Positions 9,018 to 18,665 of a stretch of DNA of 64,000 nucleotides are shown here, piece after piece. The position numbers were made by a program, and so were the translations under genes. Numbering within the stretch: position 1 is the stretch's first letter; each line of letters starts with the position of its first letter. Origin of the DNA: an uncultured delta proteobacterium (GTDB lineage Bacteria > Desulfobacterota > Desulfobacteria > Desulfobacterales > JAFDCJ01); the NCBI GenBank assembly GCA_963769935.1, contig CAVYNY010000010.1:192001-256000 (forward strand). The letters are read 5' to 3'. The notes under the pieces are model-generated. The model was not told the DNA's origin. It saw nothing but the letters and a program-made list of their open reading frames with translations, and made no database searches.

Positions 9018-12000
9018 TGCATATGAAATTGAACTTAACGGAAGCAAGGCTTCGCACACCGGCCTGCCAGACTATGCCCCTACTGATGCCGTTCAAGCGG
9101 GCCGGTGGGATGTGCGCGTTTATGGCCTCGGCCCTGTTGGCCCTGCTTTTTGCTGCAGCGCCGGCACTTTCTTCGGCCAATGAAGGCCCATCGCGTCTGC
9201 TGGACGGTTTCGACAATGTAAAGGTATGGCGTGTCAGCAGTTCCGACGACGTCGATGCCACGCTGGGCGCCGATCACGGCGCGATCCGCCTGGATTTTGA
9301 TTTTAATGGCGTCTCCGGTTTCGCTTCTTTGCACCGCGAGCTGCCGCTCAGTTTCAGCGGCAATTACGCGCTGTCGTTGCGAGTGCGCGGCGAATCTCCG
9401 GTCAACACGCTGCAAGTGAAGTTGATCGACGCCAGCGGTGACAACGTCTGGTGGATCAACCGGCCGGATTTCAGTTTCAACGGCCGGTGGCAGACGGTTC
9501 GCGCCGAACGGCGCCAGATCGAATTCGCTTGGGGGCCGACCAAAGAGCGCACACTGAGCAAGACGGCGGCACTGGAAATCACCCTGGCAGCGGGCAAGGG
9601 CGGCCGCGGCCGAATCTGGCTCGACGATCTGCGATTCGAACAACTGCCGCCTCCGCGCACGACCTGGCCGGTGCCGGTGGTGCGGGCCTCTTCAGAGCTG
9701 CCGCAGGCAGCCGCCGCCAAGGCCTTGGATGGGATAGCCGCCACCTCCTGGCGCAGCGATCCCACCAAAGGCCCCCGGCAGAACCTGGAAATCGATTTCG
9801 GCGCGCCGCGTCCGTTCGGCGGCCTGCTGCTGCACTGGTTGCCGGGCCGGGAGGCCGCGCGCTATGCCGTGCAGTTTTCAGACGATGGTTTCAACTGGCG
9901 AACCGTGCTCCGCGTGACCGACGGCAACGGCGGCGAGGACCCGCTGCTGCTCACAGAATCATGCACCCGCTATGTGCGCCTGGCTTTGGAGGACGGACCG
10001 GCACAGGCTTATGACTTGTCCGAGGTCGAAGTCAAAGACCTGGCATGGGGTGCCTCGCCCAACCGATTTTTCGAAGCATTGGCGAAAACCCGGCGCCGTG
10101 GTCTTTATCCGCGGGGCTTTTCCGGCGAGCAATCGTATTGGACCGTCGTTGGAGTCGACGGCGGCGGTGCAGATTCGGCGCTGATTTCCGAAGACGGGGC
10201 AGTGGAGTTGGGAAAGGGTGGATTCTCGATCGAACCCTTCCTGATGGCGGACGGTCGTCTGTTGACCTGGGCCGATGTTTCCGTCGCCCATGCGCTCAAA
10301 GACGGCTGCCTGCCGATTCCAAGCGTAATTTGGAAGACGCCGGATCTGACGCTCAGCATCGAGGCCTTCGCCGCCGGCGATCGTGTGAATTCACATTTGC
10401 TGACAAGCTATACGGTCCAAAACCGCACGGGCGCCGCCCGTGACGTCACACTGGTGCTGGCATCCCGCCCGTTCCAGGTGAACCCCCCGACCCAGTCCCT
10501 CAATACGCCCTCCGGCGTCAGTCCGATCCACAAGCTGGCCTGGAGCGGCAGCGCACTAGAGGTCAACGGCAGGCCGCGTGTGTTTCCTCTGCAGAAGCCG
10601 GACGCATTCGTTGCCGGCAGCTTCTTCGCCGGGGATGTGGTCGCGAGGCTCGCTGCGGGTGAGCCTCCATGCACGTCATATGCGGTCGACGGCTTCGGAT
10701 ACGGCTCCGGCGCCATGCTGTTCCATTTGGCCTTGCCCGCCTATGGCCGGAGCAGCGTCAATTTTCTGGCGCCCCTCTCGGGTGCCCTTCCAGCGCTCGA
10801 TGGCGCACAGCACAACCCGGAGGCCTGGACCGCGCAGGAGCGCGATGCCGTCGTTGCGCAATGGCGCGCCAAGCTGAACCAGATCGGCCTGCGTCTTCCA
10901 GAGTCAGCGCAGGCGATCGCCGACACGCTGCGTACCTCGCTGGCTTACATCCTGATTTCACGAGACGGCCCGGCGCTGCAGCCGGGCACGCGCTCTTATG
11001 CCCGCACCTGGATCCGTGACGGTGCGATGATATCCGAAGCCCTGTTGCGCATGGGACGCACCGAGGTCGTGCATGACTTCATTGGCTGGTATGCACAGCA
11101 TCAGTTCAAAAGCGGCAAGACGCCGTGCTGCGTGGATGCGCGCGGGTCCGACCCGGTGCCGGAAAACGACAGCCCCGGCGAGTTTATCTTCACGGTCGCC
11201 GAACTTTACCGCTTCACCCATGACCGTGCTGCTCTAAAAAGGCTATGGCCCCATGTGATGCGGACTGTCGACTACATGGAACACTTGCGCGGCGCAGAGG
11301 GTGCGCCGGCCGACCGTGCGTCTCAGCGACGCGCGTACTACGGCTTGATGCCGGCTTCGATCAGCCACGAAGGCTATGCGGCTAAACCAGTGCACTCCTA
11401 CTGGGATGACTTCTGGGCCCTGAAGGGTTATGACGATGCCGTGGATCTGGCCCGCGCTCTGGGCGAGCCCGGCGAGGCCGAACGCATGGCCGCGGCCCGC
11501 GACCGATTCCGCAGCGACCTGCTCGCCTCGATTCGCACCACGGTCAAACAACATGATATCGATTATTTGCCCGGCTCCGCCGAACTGGGCGACTTCGACG
11601 CCGCCTCAACCGCCATAGCGTTTTCGCCCTGCGGAGAGCAGGATTGGATTCCGCAGGGCCTGCTGGATAACACTTTCGCGCGCTACTGGCGTGAATTCAC
11701 CGCCCGCCGCGAGGGCCGCACCGACTGGGATGAATACACGCCATATGAGCTGCGTACGCTGGCGGCCTTCATCCGCCTGGGGCGGCGCGATCGCGTGCAA
11801 GCGCTGCTAGGATTTTTTCTGGCCGACCGCCGCCCGGCCCCATGGAACGGTTGGGCCGAGGTCGTGCGCCGGGACCCGCGAAAGCCCGGCTTCGTCGGCG
11901 ACATGCCTCACGCCTGGATCGCGTCGGACTATATTCGCTCGGTCCTCGATATGTTTGCCTATCAACGCTCCAGGGACGGCGCGCTGATTCTGGCCGCAGG

Positions 12001-12283
12001 ACTGCCGACCGCATGGCTTGAGGGCGAGGGCGCCGGCATCTCAGGCCTGCGCACGCCGTGGGGCCGGCTGGACTATAGGCTTTGGCGCGAGGCGGATCAT
12101 CTGCGCCTGTGCCTGGATGCGGAGGCGCTGCCGCCGGGCGGCTTCGTCATGAAGTGGCCATACGGCGGAACTCCCGGAGAGGCGCACATCAACGGCCAGG
12201 CGGTGTTGTGGCACGGCGGCGAATTGCACATTGATGCCGCGCATGCGGAAGTGATCATTGAGGCACCGCACGGCGCAGCATGA
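9017..12283 (+). CDS. Large secreted protein: carbohydrate-binding-like domain, F5/8 type C (discoidin) domain and C-terminal (alpha/alpha)6 glycoside hydrolase-like domain
   Basis: ALDGIAATSWRS...LEIDFG...YAVQFSDDGFNWRTV discoidin pattern. YARTWIRDGAM and HSYWDDFWAL toroid-GH-like motifs. TGATG coupling to the permease. Start uncertain. Confidence 0.75.
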   Translation: MHMKLNLTEARLRTPACQTMPLLMPFKRAGGMCAFMASALLALLFAAAPALSSANEGPSRLLDGFDNVKVWRVSSSDDVDATLGADHGAIRLDFDFNGVSGFASLHRELPLSFSGNYALSLRVRGESPVNTLQVKLIDASGDNVWWINRPDFSFNGRWQTVRAERRQIEFAWGPTKERTLSKTAALEITLAAGKGGRGRIWLDDLRFEQLPPPRTTWPVPVVRASSELPQAAAAKALDGIAATSWRSDPTKGPRQNLEIDFGAPRPFGGLLLHWLPGREAARYAVQFSDDGFNWRTVLRVTDGNGGEDPLLLTESCTRYVRLALEDGPAQAYDLSEVEVKDLAWGASPNRFFEALAKTRRRGLYPRGFSGEQSYWTVVGVDGGGADSALISEDGAVELGKGGFSIEPFLMADGRLLTWADVSVAHALKDGCLPIPSVIWKTPDLTLSIEAFAAGDRVNSHLLTSYTVQNRTGAARDVTLVLASRPFQVNPPTQSLNTPSGVSPIHKLAWSGSALEVNGRPRVFPLQKPDAFVAGSFFAGDVVARLAAGEPPCTSYAVDGFGYGSGAMLFHLALPAYGRSSVNFLAPLSGALPALDGAQHNPEAWTAQERDAVVAQWRAKLNQIGLRLPESAQAIADTLRTSLAYILISRDGPALQPGTRSYARTWIRDGAMISEALLRMGRTEVVHDFIGWYAQHQFKSGKTPCCVDARGSDPVPENDSPGEFIFTVAELYRFTHDRAALKRLWPHVMRTVDYMEHLRGAEGAPADRASQRRAYYGLMPASISHEGYAAKPVHSYWDDFWALKGYDDAVDLARALGEPGEAERMAAARDRFRSDLLASIRTTVKQHDIDYLPGSAELGDFDAASTAIAFSPCGEQDWIPQGLLDNTFARYWREFTARREGRTDWDEYTPYELRTLAAFIRLGRRDRVQALLGFFLADRRPAPWNGWAEVVRRDPRKPGFVGDMPHAWIASDYIRSVLDMFAYQRSRDGALILAAGLPTAWLEGEGAGISGLRTPWGRLDYRLWREADHLRLCLDAEALPPGGFVMKWPYGGTPGEAHINGQAVLWHGGELHIDAAHAEVIIEAPHGAA

Positions 12284-12386
12284 TTTTACCCTCTCAATTT
12301 TTTACCTTCCCGCATTTTCTCATTTCTTTTGCGATGGAATTGGACTTGAAGCCCCGTGGTTCCATCAGTGAGGGCGGCTTGGCGAA

Positions 12387-13742
12387 TTAAATCGCATTCA
12401 GCGCCTGGCCGTTTGTGGCGACAATGCGCTGATAGAGATCGGCGGAGCCTTTGCGCGTTCGTTTCTGCGTGGCGAAATCGACGTGTACCAGACCGAAGCG
12501 CCTGGAGTAACCCAGCGACCATTCCAGGTTGTCCAGCAGCGACCAGACAAAATAGCCGCGCAGGTCCACGCCGGCCTTTATCGCCGCATGTGCGGCTTTC
12601 AAGTGCTTCTTGAGATAGCTCTGGCGCAGCGGATCCTCCAGCCTGTCGTTTTCCGCCTTAGGCGGGTCATAGAACGCCGCACCGTTTTCAGTGACGTATA
12701 TGACCGGATTGCCGTAATTGTCCCTCAGCCAGACCAGCGCGTCCGTCAGCCCTTGTGGATAGACTTCCCAGCCCGTTTCAGTGTAAGTCGCCCCGGGCTG
12801 CCGCACCGGCAATGCCTTCAGCGGGTACTGGTCGGGATCGTGGCGGACGACGGCGCGGGTGTAGTAGTTGAGTCCGATGAAGTCGACGGGCCGGCGGATC
12901 ATTGCCAGGTCCTCGGCCGGCCATTCGGGCCAAGCCTCGCCGAAAACCGCCTTCAGCTTGTCCGGATAGCGTCCGTGGAAGATCGGATCCAGGTATTGCC
13001 GGTTCATGTAAGCGTCGGCCCGTTCGCAGGCTGCCAGATCTTCGAGTGAGTCGGAGGCCGGAACCTTCGGCTCGATGTTTACAACGATGCCGATTTGGTG
13101 CCTGCCCGACGCGCGGTACACCTGCACCGCCCGGCCGTGGGCCCGCAGCAGGTTGTGGGACACGATGGGCGTCTCGAAAAGATTGCGGTGGCCCGGTGCC
13201 AGGGTTCCGTGCAGGTAGCCGCCGTCGGCAACCACCCAGGGCTCATTGAGCGTGGCCCAGAACTGCACACGGTCGTCGAGCTTGTCGAAGCACGCGCCGG
13301 CGTAGTCGGCAAACCATTCGACAATGTCGGGGTTAAGCCAGCCACCGCGGTTGTCCAGCGCTTCGGGCAGGTCCCAGTGGTAGAGCGTGGCCATCGGAAC
13401 GATGCCGTGCGCAAGCAAGACGTCGACCAGCCGGTCGTAGAATCCCAAGCCCTGATCGTTGATCCTGCCCGTGCCTTCAGGCAGCACACGCGCCCAGCCG
13501 ATTGAGAAACGGTAAGCCTTCAAGCCCAGATCGGCCATCAGCCGGACATCGTCCTCCATGCGGCGGTAATGGTCGCAGGCGACATCGCCGGTGTCGCCGT
13601 TGTAAGTCATTCCCGGTGTATGGGAGAAGCGCCGCCAGATGCTGGGCCCGGCGCCGTCGGCGAGTGGCGAGCCTTCGATCTGATAAGCAGCGGTAGCACA
13701 GCCCCAGAGAAATCCGCCGGGAAATTGAAAGGTCATGGTCAT
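12387..13742 (-). CDS. GH1 beta-glucosidase
   Basis: FLWGCATAAYQIEG, TLYHWDLP, catalytic TLNEP and VTENG, WSLLDNLEW. Confidence 0.95.
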   Translation of the reverse strand: MTMTFQFPGGFLWGCATAAYQIEGSPLADGAGPSIWRRFSHTPGMTYNGDTGDVACDHYRRMEDDVRLMADLGLKAYRFSIGWARVLPEGTGRINDQGLGFYDRLVDVLLAHGIVPMATLYHWDLPEALDNRGGWLNPDIVEWFADYAGACFDKLDDRVQFWATLNEPWVVADGGYLHGTLAPGHRNLFETPIVSHNLLRAHGRAVQVYRASGRHQIGIVVNIEPKVPASDSLEDLAACERADAYMNRQYLDPIFHGRYPDKLKAVFGEAWPEWPAEDLAMIRRPVDFIGLNYYTRAVVRHDPDQYPLKALPVRQPGATYTETGWEVYPQGLTDALVWLRDNYGNPVIYVTENGAAFYDPPKAENDRLEDPLRQSYLKKHLKAAHAAIKAGVDLRGYFVWSLLDNLEWSLGYSRRFGLVHVDFATQKRTRKGSADLYQRIVATNGQALNAI

Positions 13743-13978
13743 TGAAGAAACCCTCTGCGGGGCGGTCGCAAGCAACTGCCAGGCATGTTAGTCAAAGGCT
13801 GCAGGATTGGCAATGTCCGGCAGCCATGGTATATTTCATCATTAATCATTTCTTCTGGGCTGATTTTTCCGTAACAAGCTGCACCAAGTCTTCTACAGCC
13901 CCTATCGAGCCGGACTATAAAATCTTTGGCGACCCGAATGCTGAAACAAGCGATGAGATCCGGCTTCGGAGCCATAGC

Positions 13979-16105
13979 TCAGAATCCATAGGGAAGGGCC
14001 GGAGCGGCCTGAAGCGAAAGACCCCACATTTTAGCCAAGGTTTCGTCGGAAATCGCCCATACCGCTTTATGGAGAGATGCCAGAACGGAAGCATCATTCA
14101 GGAGCTGCATTTTTTCCGACGCCGTAAGCATATCCGGGCCGAAAGAAAGTGCCTTTTCTGCCAACTCCTGCCGTCTCCTGATAATCGCTGGGGAGTACCG
14201 TCGCTTTTTTCGCAACAATGTCAGGTGTAAGCAATGAACGCGGGGGTCAGCAACCGCTCTGACAAATCCCTGTGCCTTACGAATTGACAGTGGCGAAGTA
14301 GACGATCGATATCCTTGCTCGTAGCTGTGTACCCAACCCTGTTCGCGGGGCGGCGTTGTCTCCTCAGGGGTGAGGAGCAGTCCAAGTTTTCGAAATCTTC
14401 CGCCGATCGAGGAACGACTGGACCAAACCGATAATGGAACCGAGACGATCAGGGCAACCAGAATCGGCGTAAGCCACCACAAGAAAGAGGGATTGGTTAG
14501 CAAAACAGCGATGCTCCAGATAAACCCAAGGGCCATTCCCGTGCCATGTAAACGCAATGCCTCGAACCAGGAGGTACCAGGATCTTTTCTTTGTTGTGTG
14601 CTCCAGCCAACCTGCCGGCCGATGAGGATGCTGAAAACAAACTTACTATGAAAAAGCATCCTAATTGGTGCCAGGAGGGCCGAAAGAATCACCTCAACCA
14701 TCGTACTGAAAAAGAGTTTGAAGATGCCACCAAATTCTGCTGCCCGCCGCTGTTTGAATGCAATGATCGGTATGCTCAGGAGCTTGGGCAAAAATAGCAG
14801 AATGGCGGTGGAAATTCCAAGCGTGATGGCCCACCCCGGATTCCAGACCGGCCAGTCGGGAAACAGGGTGCGTCCAGCAGGAAAGTATGTGGGCGGCACA
14901 AGGGCCTCATAAATGGCCTCGGCCGTGCTCAAGGCAAGAAAAAGAAACCACAAAAGCCCGGACACATAAGCCATCGCACCTGCAAGGAACAGCCCGCGGT
15001 GAGCAGGAAAGATGCCCTTGGTAAACAGGAGCCTCAGGTGCTGTACGTTTCCCTGACACCATCGCCGGTCGCGCTTTAACTCCTCCATGAGCGTGGGCGG
15101 AAATTCCTCATAGCTTCCCCCCAAATCATAGGCCAGCCACACGCCCCAACCCGCTCTGCGCATGAGGGCGGCTTCAACAAAATCGTGGCTGAGAATATCA
15201 CCACCCAGGGGCGGATTTCCCGACAATCTGGACAATCCACAATGCTTCATGAACGGTTCAACGCGAATGATGGCATTGTGCCCCCAATATTGAGCGTCGC
15301 CAAGCTGCCAGAAATGCATTCCTGCTGAAAACATTGGGCCGTAAAGATGATTGGCAAACTGCTGCAGCCGGGCAAACAGGGTTTTGGCGTTGATTGCTCT
15401 TGGAGCGGTTTGAAGAATACCGATGGTCGGACGATCTTCCATGACCGCTACCATTTGAAACAAGGTAGCGCCGGACATGATGCTGTCAGCGTCAAAGACA
15501 ATCATGTAGCGGTATTTATATCCCCATCTTCGACAAAAATCGGCAATATTGCCGCTCTTGCGTTTGACGTTGACGCGGCGGTTTCGATAAAAGATGCGAT
15601 CCCGCTCCCCTACCACTCGTAATAGCTCATACCAAGCGGCTTCTTCTTCAACCCATTTATCCGGGTCGCTGGAATCGCTGAGGATATAGAAATCAAACAA
15701 CTCGAGGTGACCGGCCTGCTGAAGGGATCGATACACGGCATACAAACCGGCGAAAACTCGACCAACCGTTTCGTTATAGACGGGAATCAAGATAGCGGTA
15801 CGCGCCTGATCGGAAACCGAAATCGCGGTTTTCTCACCTTGTTTTGCGGCGATGAAACTGTCATAACGGCACAGCAGTGAAAAAAAACCGGCTATACCCG
15901 CCCAAAACCCTATTGAAATCCAGGCATATAGCATGGCAAAGAAAAGCACGAGCAAAAACTCCGATACGGCAGCGCCTCTTTGGGGCAGCACCCGCGCCAT
16001 AAAGCCGCTCGCGATAAAGGTGGGAATCAAAATCAGGCACAACAAAAGAACGCGGCGTCGCGAAGCCACCTTTTCCCACGTCTTATGGAGAAACTCGCGC
16101 GCCAT
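13979..16105 (-). CDS. opgH: Osmoregulated periplasmic glucan glucosyltransferase H (GT2), lacking the long N-terminal extension
   Basis: RKSGNIADFCRRWG, VFDADSIM, YWGHNAIIR, ILSHDFVEAALMRRAGW, RDRRWCQGN. Confidence 0.95.
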   Translation of the reverse strand: MAREFLHKTWEKVASRRRVLLLCLILIPTFIASGFMARVLPQRGAAVSEFLLVLFFAMLYAWISIGFWAGIAGFFSLLCRYDSFIAAKQGEKTAISVSDQARTAILIPVYNETVGRVFAGLYAVYRSLQQAGHLELFDFYILSDSSDPDKWVEEEAAWYELLRVVGERDRIFYRNRRVNVKRKSGNIADFCRRWGYKYRYMIVFDADSIMSGATLFQMVAVMEDRPTIGILQTAPRAINAKTLFARLQQFANHLYGPMFSAGMHFWQLGDAQYWGHNAIIRVEPFMKHCGLSRLSGNPPLGGDILSHDFVEAALMRRAGWGVWLAYDLGGSYEEFPPTLMEELKRDRRWCQGNVQHLRLLFTKGIFPAHRGLFLAGAMAYVSGLLWFLFLALSTAEAIYEALVPPTYFPAGRTLFPDWPVWNPGWAITLGISTAILLFLPKLLSIPIIAFKQRRAAEFGGIFKLFFSTMVEVILSALLAPIRMLFHSKFVFSILIGRQVGWSTQQRKDPGTSWFEALRLHGTGMALGFIWSIAVLLTNPSFLWWLTPILVALIVSVPLSVWSSRSSIGGRFRKLGLLLTPEETTPPREQGWVHSYEQGYRSSTSPLSIRKAQGFVRAVADPRVHCLHLTLLRKKRRYSPAIIRRRQELAEKALSFGPDMLTASEKMQLLNDASVLASLHKAVWAISDETLAKMWGLSLQAAPALPYGF

Positions 16106-16115
16106 CTTCAGTTCC

Positions 16116-16550
16116 TTACCTGGATCTCGATTCTTTAAAACGGTTTAAAAGATCTTTGAGCAGAGAAAGCCAATGCGCAGATTCCATCCCTTCGGCAACC
16201 ATGGAAAGTCGGTGAAGGGCGGGCGCAGGAGGGATGTCGCATTCACACCATGCGGCCAGGGAATGGTTGTGGTCAAACACGGCAGGTTTTTGTTCGCTTA
16301 ACAGCTCATGTAGTGCTTGCATGGCCTCGCCAACCGGACTGTTTGCGGAGCCTGGTTCTATACTTCGCTCCGCTGCTTTGAGAGCTCCCAGAGCAAGCTC
16401 AAGGGCTTGCGGTGCGGGAAAATTCAGACAACGCAGGTACAGCAATACTCTGTCTCCAGCCGTTTGCCAGTACCGATCCGCTTCACTTCTTATTCCAGCT
16501 TCATTTTTCGCAATTGTCTTTTCTGCAGGTGAATCATGGATGTTCATCAC
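16116..16550 (-). CDS. Hypothetical protein resembling the N-terminal cytoplasmic extension of enterobacterial OpgH
   Basis: Sits between opgG and opgH with 10-bp gaps. C-terminal PPAPALHRLSMVAE recalls the AMPEAKRSSMFP segment of E. coli OpgH (compared from memory). Confidence 0.65.
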   Translation of the reverse strand: MMNIHDSPAEKTIAKNEAGIRSEADRYWQTAGDRVLLYLRCLNFPAPQALELALGALKAAERSIEPGSANSPVGEAMQALHELLSEQKPAVFDHNHSLAAWCECDIPPAPALHRLSMVAEGMESAHWLSLLKDLLNRFKESRSR

Positions 16551-16560
16551 TTACCCTATC

Positions 16561-18168
16561 TTAAAACGGGTCCACATAGCTCCAGGTCTCCGTTAGAATC
16601 TCTTCCCCTTGGCGGAGGAAGGCACGCAATTCAAGGGGCTTAGCATCGTTTGGCGTAACCAGGCCCAGGGCGCCTTCTTTCTTTTTAACCTGAAAAACCA
16701 AACGCCAGCCACCGGCAACACTATTTTTCATGAGGTGTTGCTCAATGACATCCGCGCCACCCGCCCCGATATCAGCTTCCACTTTTGTGTCATCAGAAAG
16801 CGTGCTAAGTTTTCCTCCGGTAAAGTCGATTAGGTACATTTTAACCTCTTTTTTCTCATCGACTGCAGTGCGTGTAGCCGCGACATGCGCCAAAGTCAGC
16901 CCGGCTATTTGCGGAGAGTCCCATTTCATTTGGTAGGACAAGGATATGGGATTTCCAGGTTTGGGCGTCTCCGCCGGGACCCAGTAAACAACGATGTTGT
17001 CATTTTTTTCGCTGTCCGTGGGAATCTGCACCAGTTCGACCCGACCCTGCCCCCAATCCTGGCCGGGTATAATCCAGGCGCAGGGGCGTATTTGATAATT
17101 CGTCTCCAGATCCTGATAATGATCGAAATCGTGATCCCGCTGCATGAGGCCAAAGCCTTTGGGATTGTTTAGCTGAAACGAGGTGACCAACAGTTTTTTA
17201 GGGTTAATCAAAGGTCGCCATATCCATTCTCCCGTGGCGGTAGCGATCTGAAGACCATCCGAGTCATGAACCTCGGGGCGGAAATCATCGACCGGCCTAA
17301 TATTCGTGTTTTCACCATAAAAAAACATGCTGGTCAAAGGGGCAATTCCAAGTTTTTGGACTTCCTTGCGAAAAAACAGCGTGGTAGTAACGTCAACCAG
17401 GGTTTCATTTCCCGGTTTGATCCCAAATTGGTAAGCTCCTGTCAGGGATGGACTGTCCAGCAAGGCGAAGATGGTTAAGGTCTCGGCTTTTTCCTCAGGT
17501 CGCACCAGCCAGAACTTTCTGAAATACGGGAATTCCTCACCCGATTTCAACGCCGTATCAATGGCCACCCCTCTGGCCGACAAACCAAAATGTTCTTTGC
17601 TTCCAACAGCTCGGAAATAGCTGGCCCCGAGAAAAACAACGACCTCATCGTAATACTTGCTGGTATTGATCGGGTGATGTATCCGAAACCCGGCAAAGCC
17701 GAGATCTTCGGGCACCTTGTCCTGGAATTCGTTGATTCCGTAATGGAACAGGTCGCGCGAAAAGGGTACTGGTTTAACCTCGCCGGATTCGATGACATTG
17801 ACATGCACAATGCAGTTATACAACGACCCTGGATGGAAGAATTGAACTTCGAAGGGCAGTTGGTCCTTTCGCCAAAGAGAGTCTTCCGGCTTGAAGCGGA
17901 TCCTTCGCCACTGATCATAGTCGAGCTTGGACAGAAACTCAGGGAGTTTTTGCGGCTCTTCGAATGACTTTTGAGCGAGGAGCCTGGCCTCTTCAACTAT
18001 GTCCTTGTATTCAAAGGAGTGGGCATTTGAAAATGCCGGCACCGTAAAAAGGCAAAAATATAAGGCCAGCTTCAGGGCACCCAATATCATTCTATATCGA
18101 GCATTTTTTGCTATTACAGTCGATAGAAAACACCGACGATCAATGTTATGCTTAGTTGTGATCGGCAC
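16561..18168 (-). CDS. opgG: Periplasmic glucan biosynthesis protein G/D family (GH186)
   Basis: LDYDQWRRIRF, VFLGASYFRAVG, GLSARG, EEFPYF, DFRPEVHDSDGL, ETWSY. GTG start at 18168 with RBS, alternative ATG at 18090. A Tat-like RRCFL lies near the N-terminus. Confidence 0.9.
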   Translation of the reverse strand: MPITTKHNIDRRCFLSTVIAKNARYRMILGALKLALYFCLFTVPAFSNAHSFEYKDIVEEARLLAQKSFEEPQKLPEFLSKLDYDQWRRIRFKPEDSLWRKDQLPFEVQFFHPGSLYNCIVHVNVIESGEVKPVPFSRDLFHYGINEFQDKVPEDLGFAGFRIHHPINTSKYYDEVVVFLGASYFRAVGSKEHFGLSARGVAIDTALKSGEEFPYFRKFWLVRPEEKAETLTIFALLDSPSLTGAYQFGIKPGNETLVDVTTTLFFRKEVQKLGIAPLTSMFFYGENTNIRPVDDFRPEVHDSDGLQIATATGEWIWRPLINPKKLLVTSFQLNNPKGFGLMQRDHDFDHYQDLETNYQIRPCAWIIPGQDWGQGRVELVQIPTDSEKNDNIVVYWVPAETPKPGNPISLSYQMKWDSPQIAGLTLAHVAATRTAVDEKKEVKMYLIDFTGGKLSTLSDDTKVEADIGAGGADVIEQHLMKNSVAGGWRLVFQVKKKEGALGLVTPNDAKPLELRAFLRQGEEILTETWSYVDPF

Positions 18169-18665
18169 CTTAATTCCCTTCTTATTATGCTGGCGTTATA
18201 GCAGCATTCTCAATAACCCGGATAAAATAACCAATCCACACCCATCCACTGCATATAAATCCATTTCTTCGACTATAAGGACGAGAAGAAACTGCTGCAA
18301 TCCAATCTTAATCAAAAATATTGGATTGTTTGCTATCATAAACTACTCTTTACAAAAAAACAAATAGACAAAAATATGTATTTTGGCTTTTTTAAACCAT
18401 GAGCGACTATAGGGACAATCGAAACTGCATACCGGCCGTCTGGCGGCATAATTTCTTCTTAAGATTGGTCATCCGACGTGGAGGTGAAAAAAACAGTTTT
18501 TATTCTCAATGCAGATGGGCACAGAGGATATCATGATACATATCGTTGCCGGCGGATACCACTTCGCCGGGGTCGGCCCGATTTTATCCAATCGTAGTAG
18601 AAGCAATCTTCTGCTTGGGGTTAAAGAAAATGATTTTGCAGCTGAAACCTTAGACCCGCTTCAAA

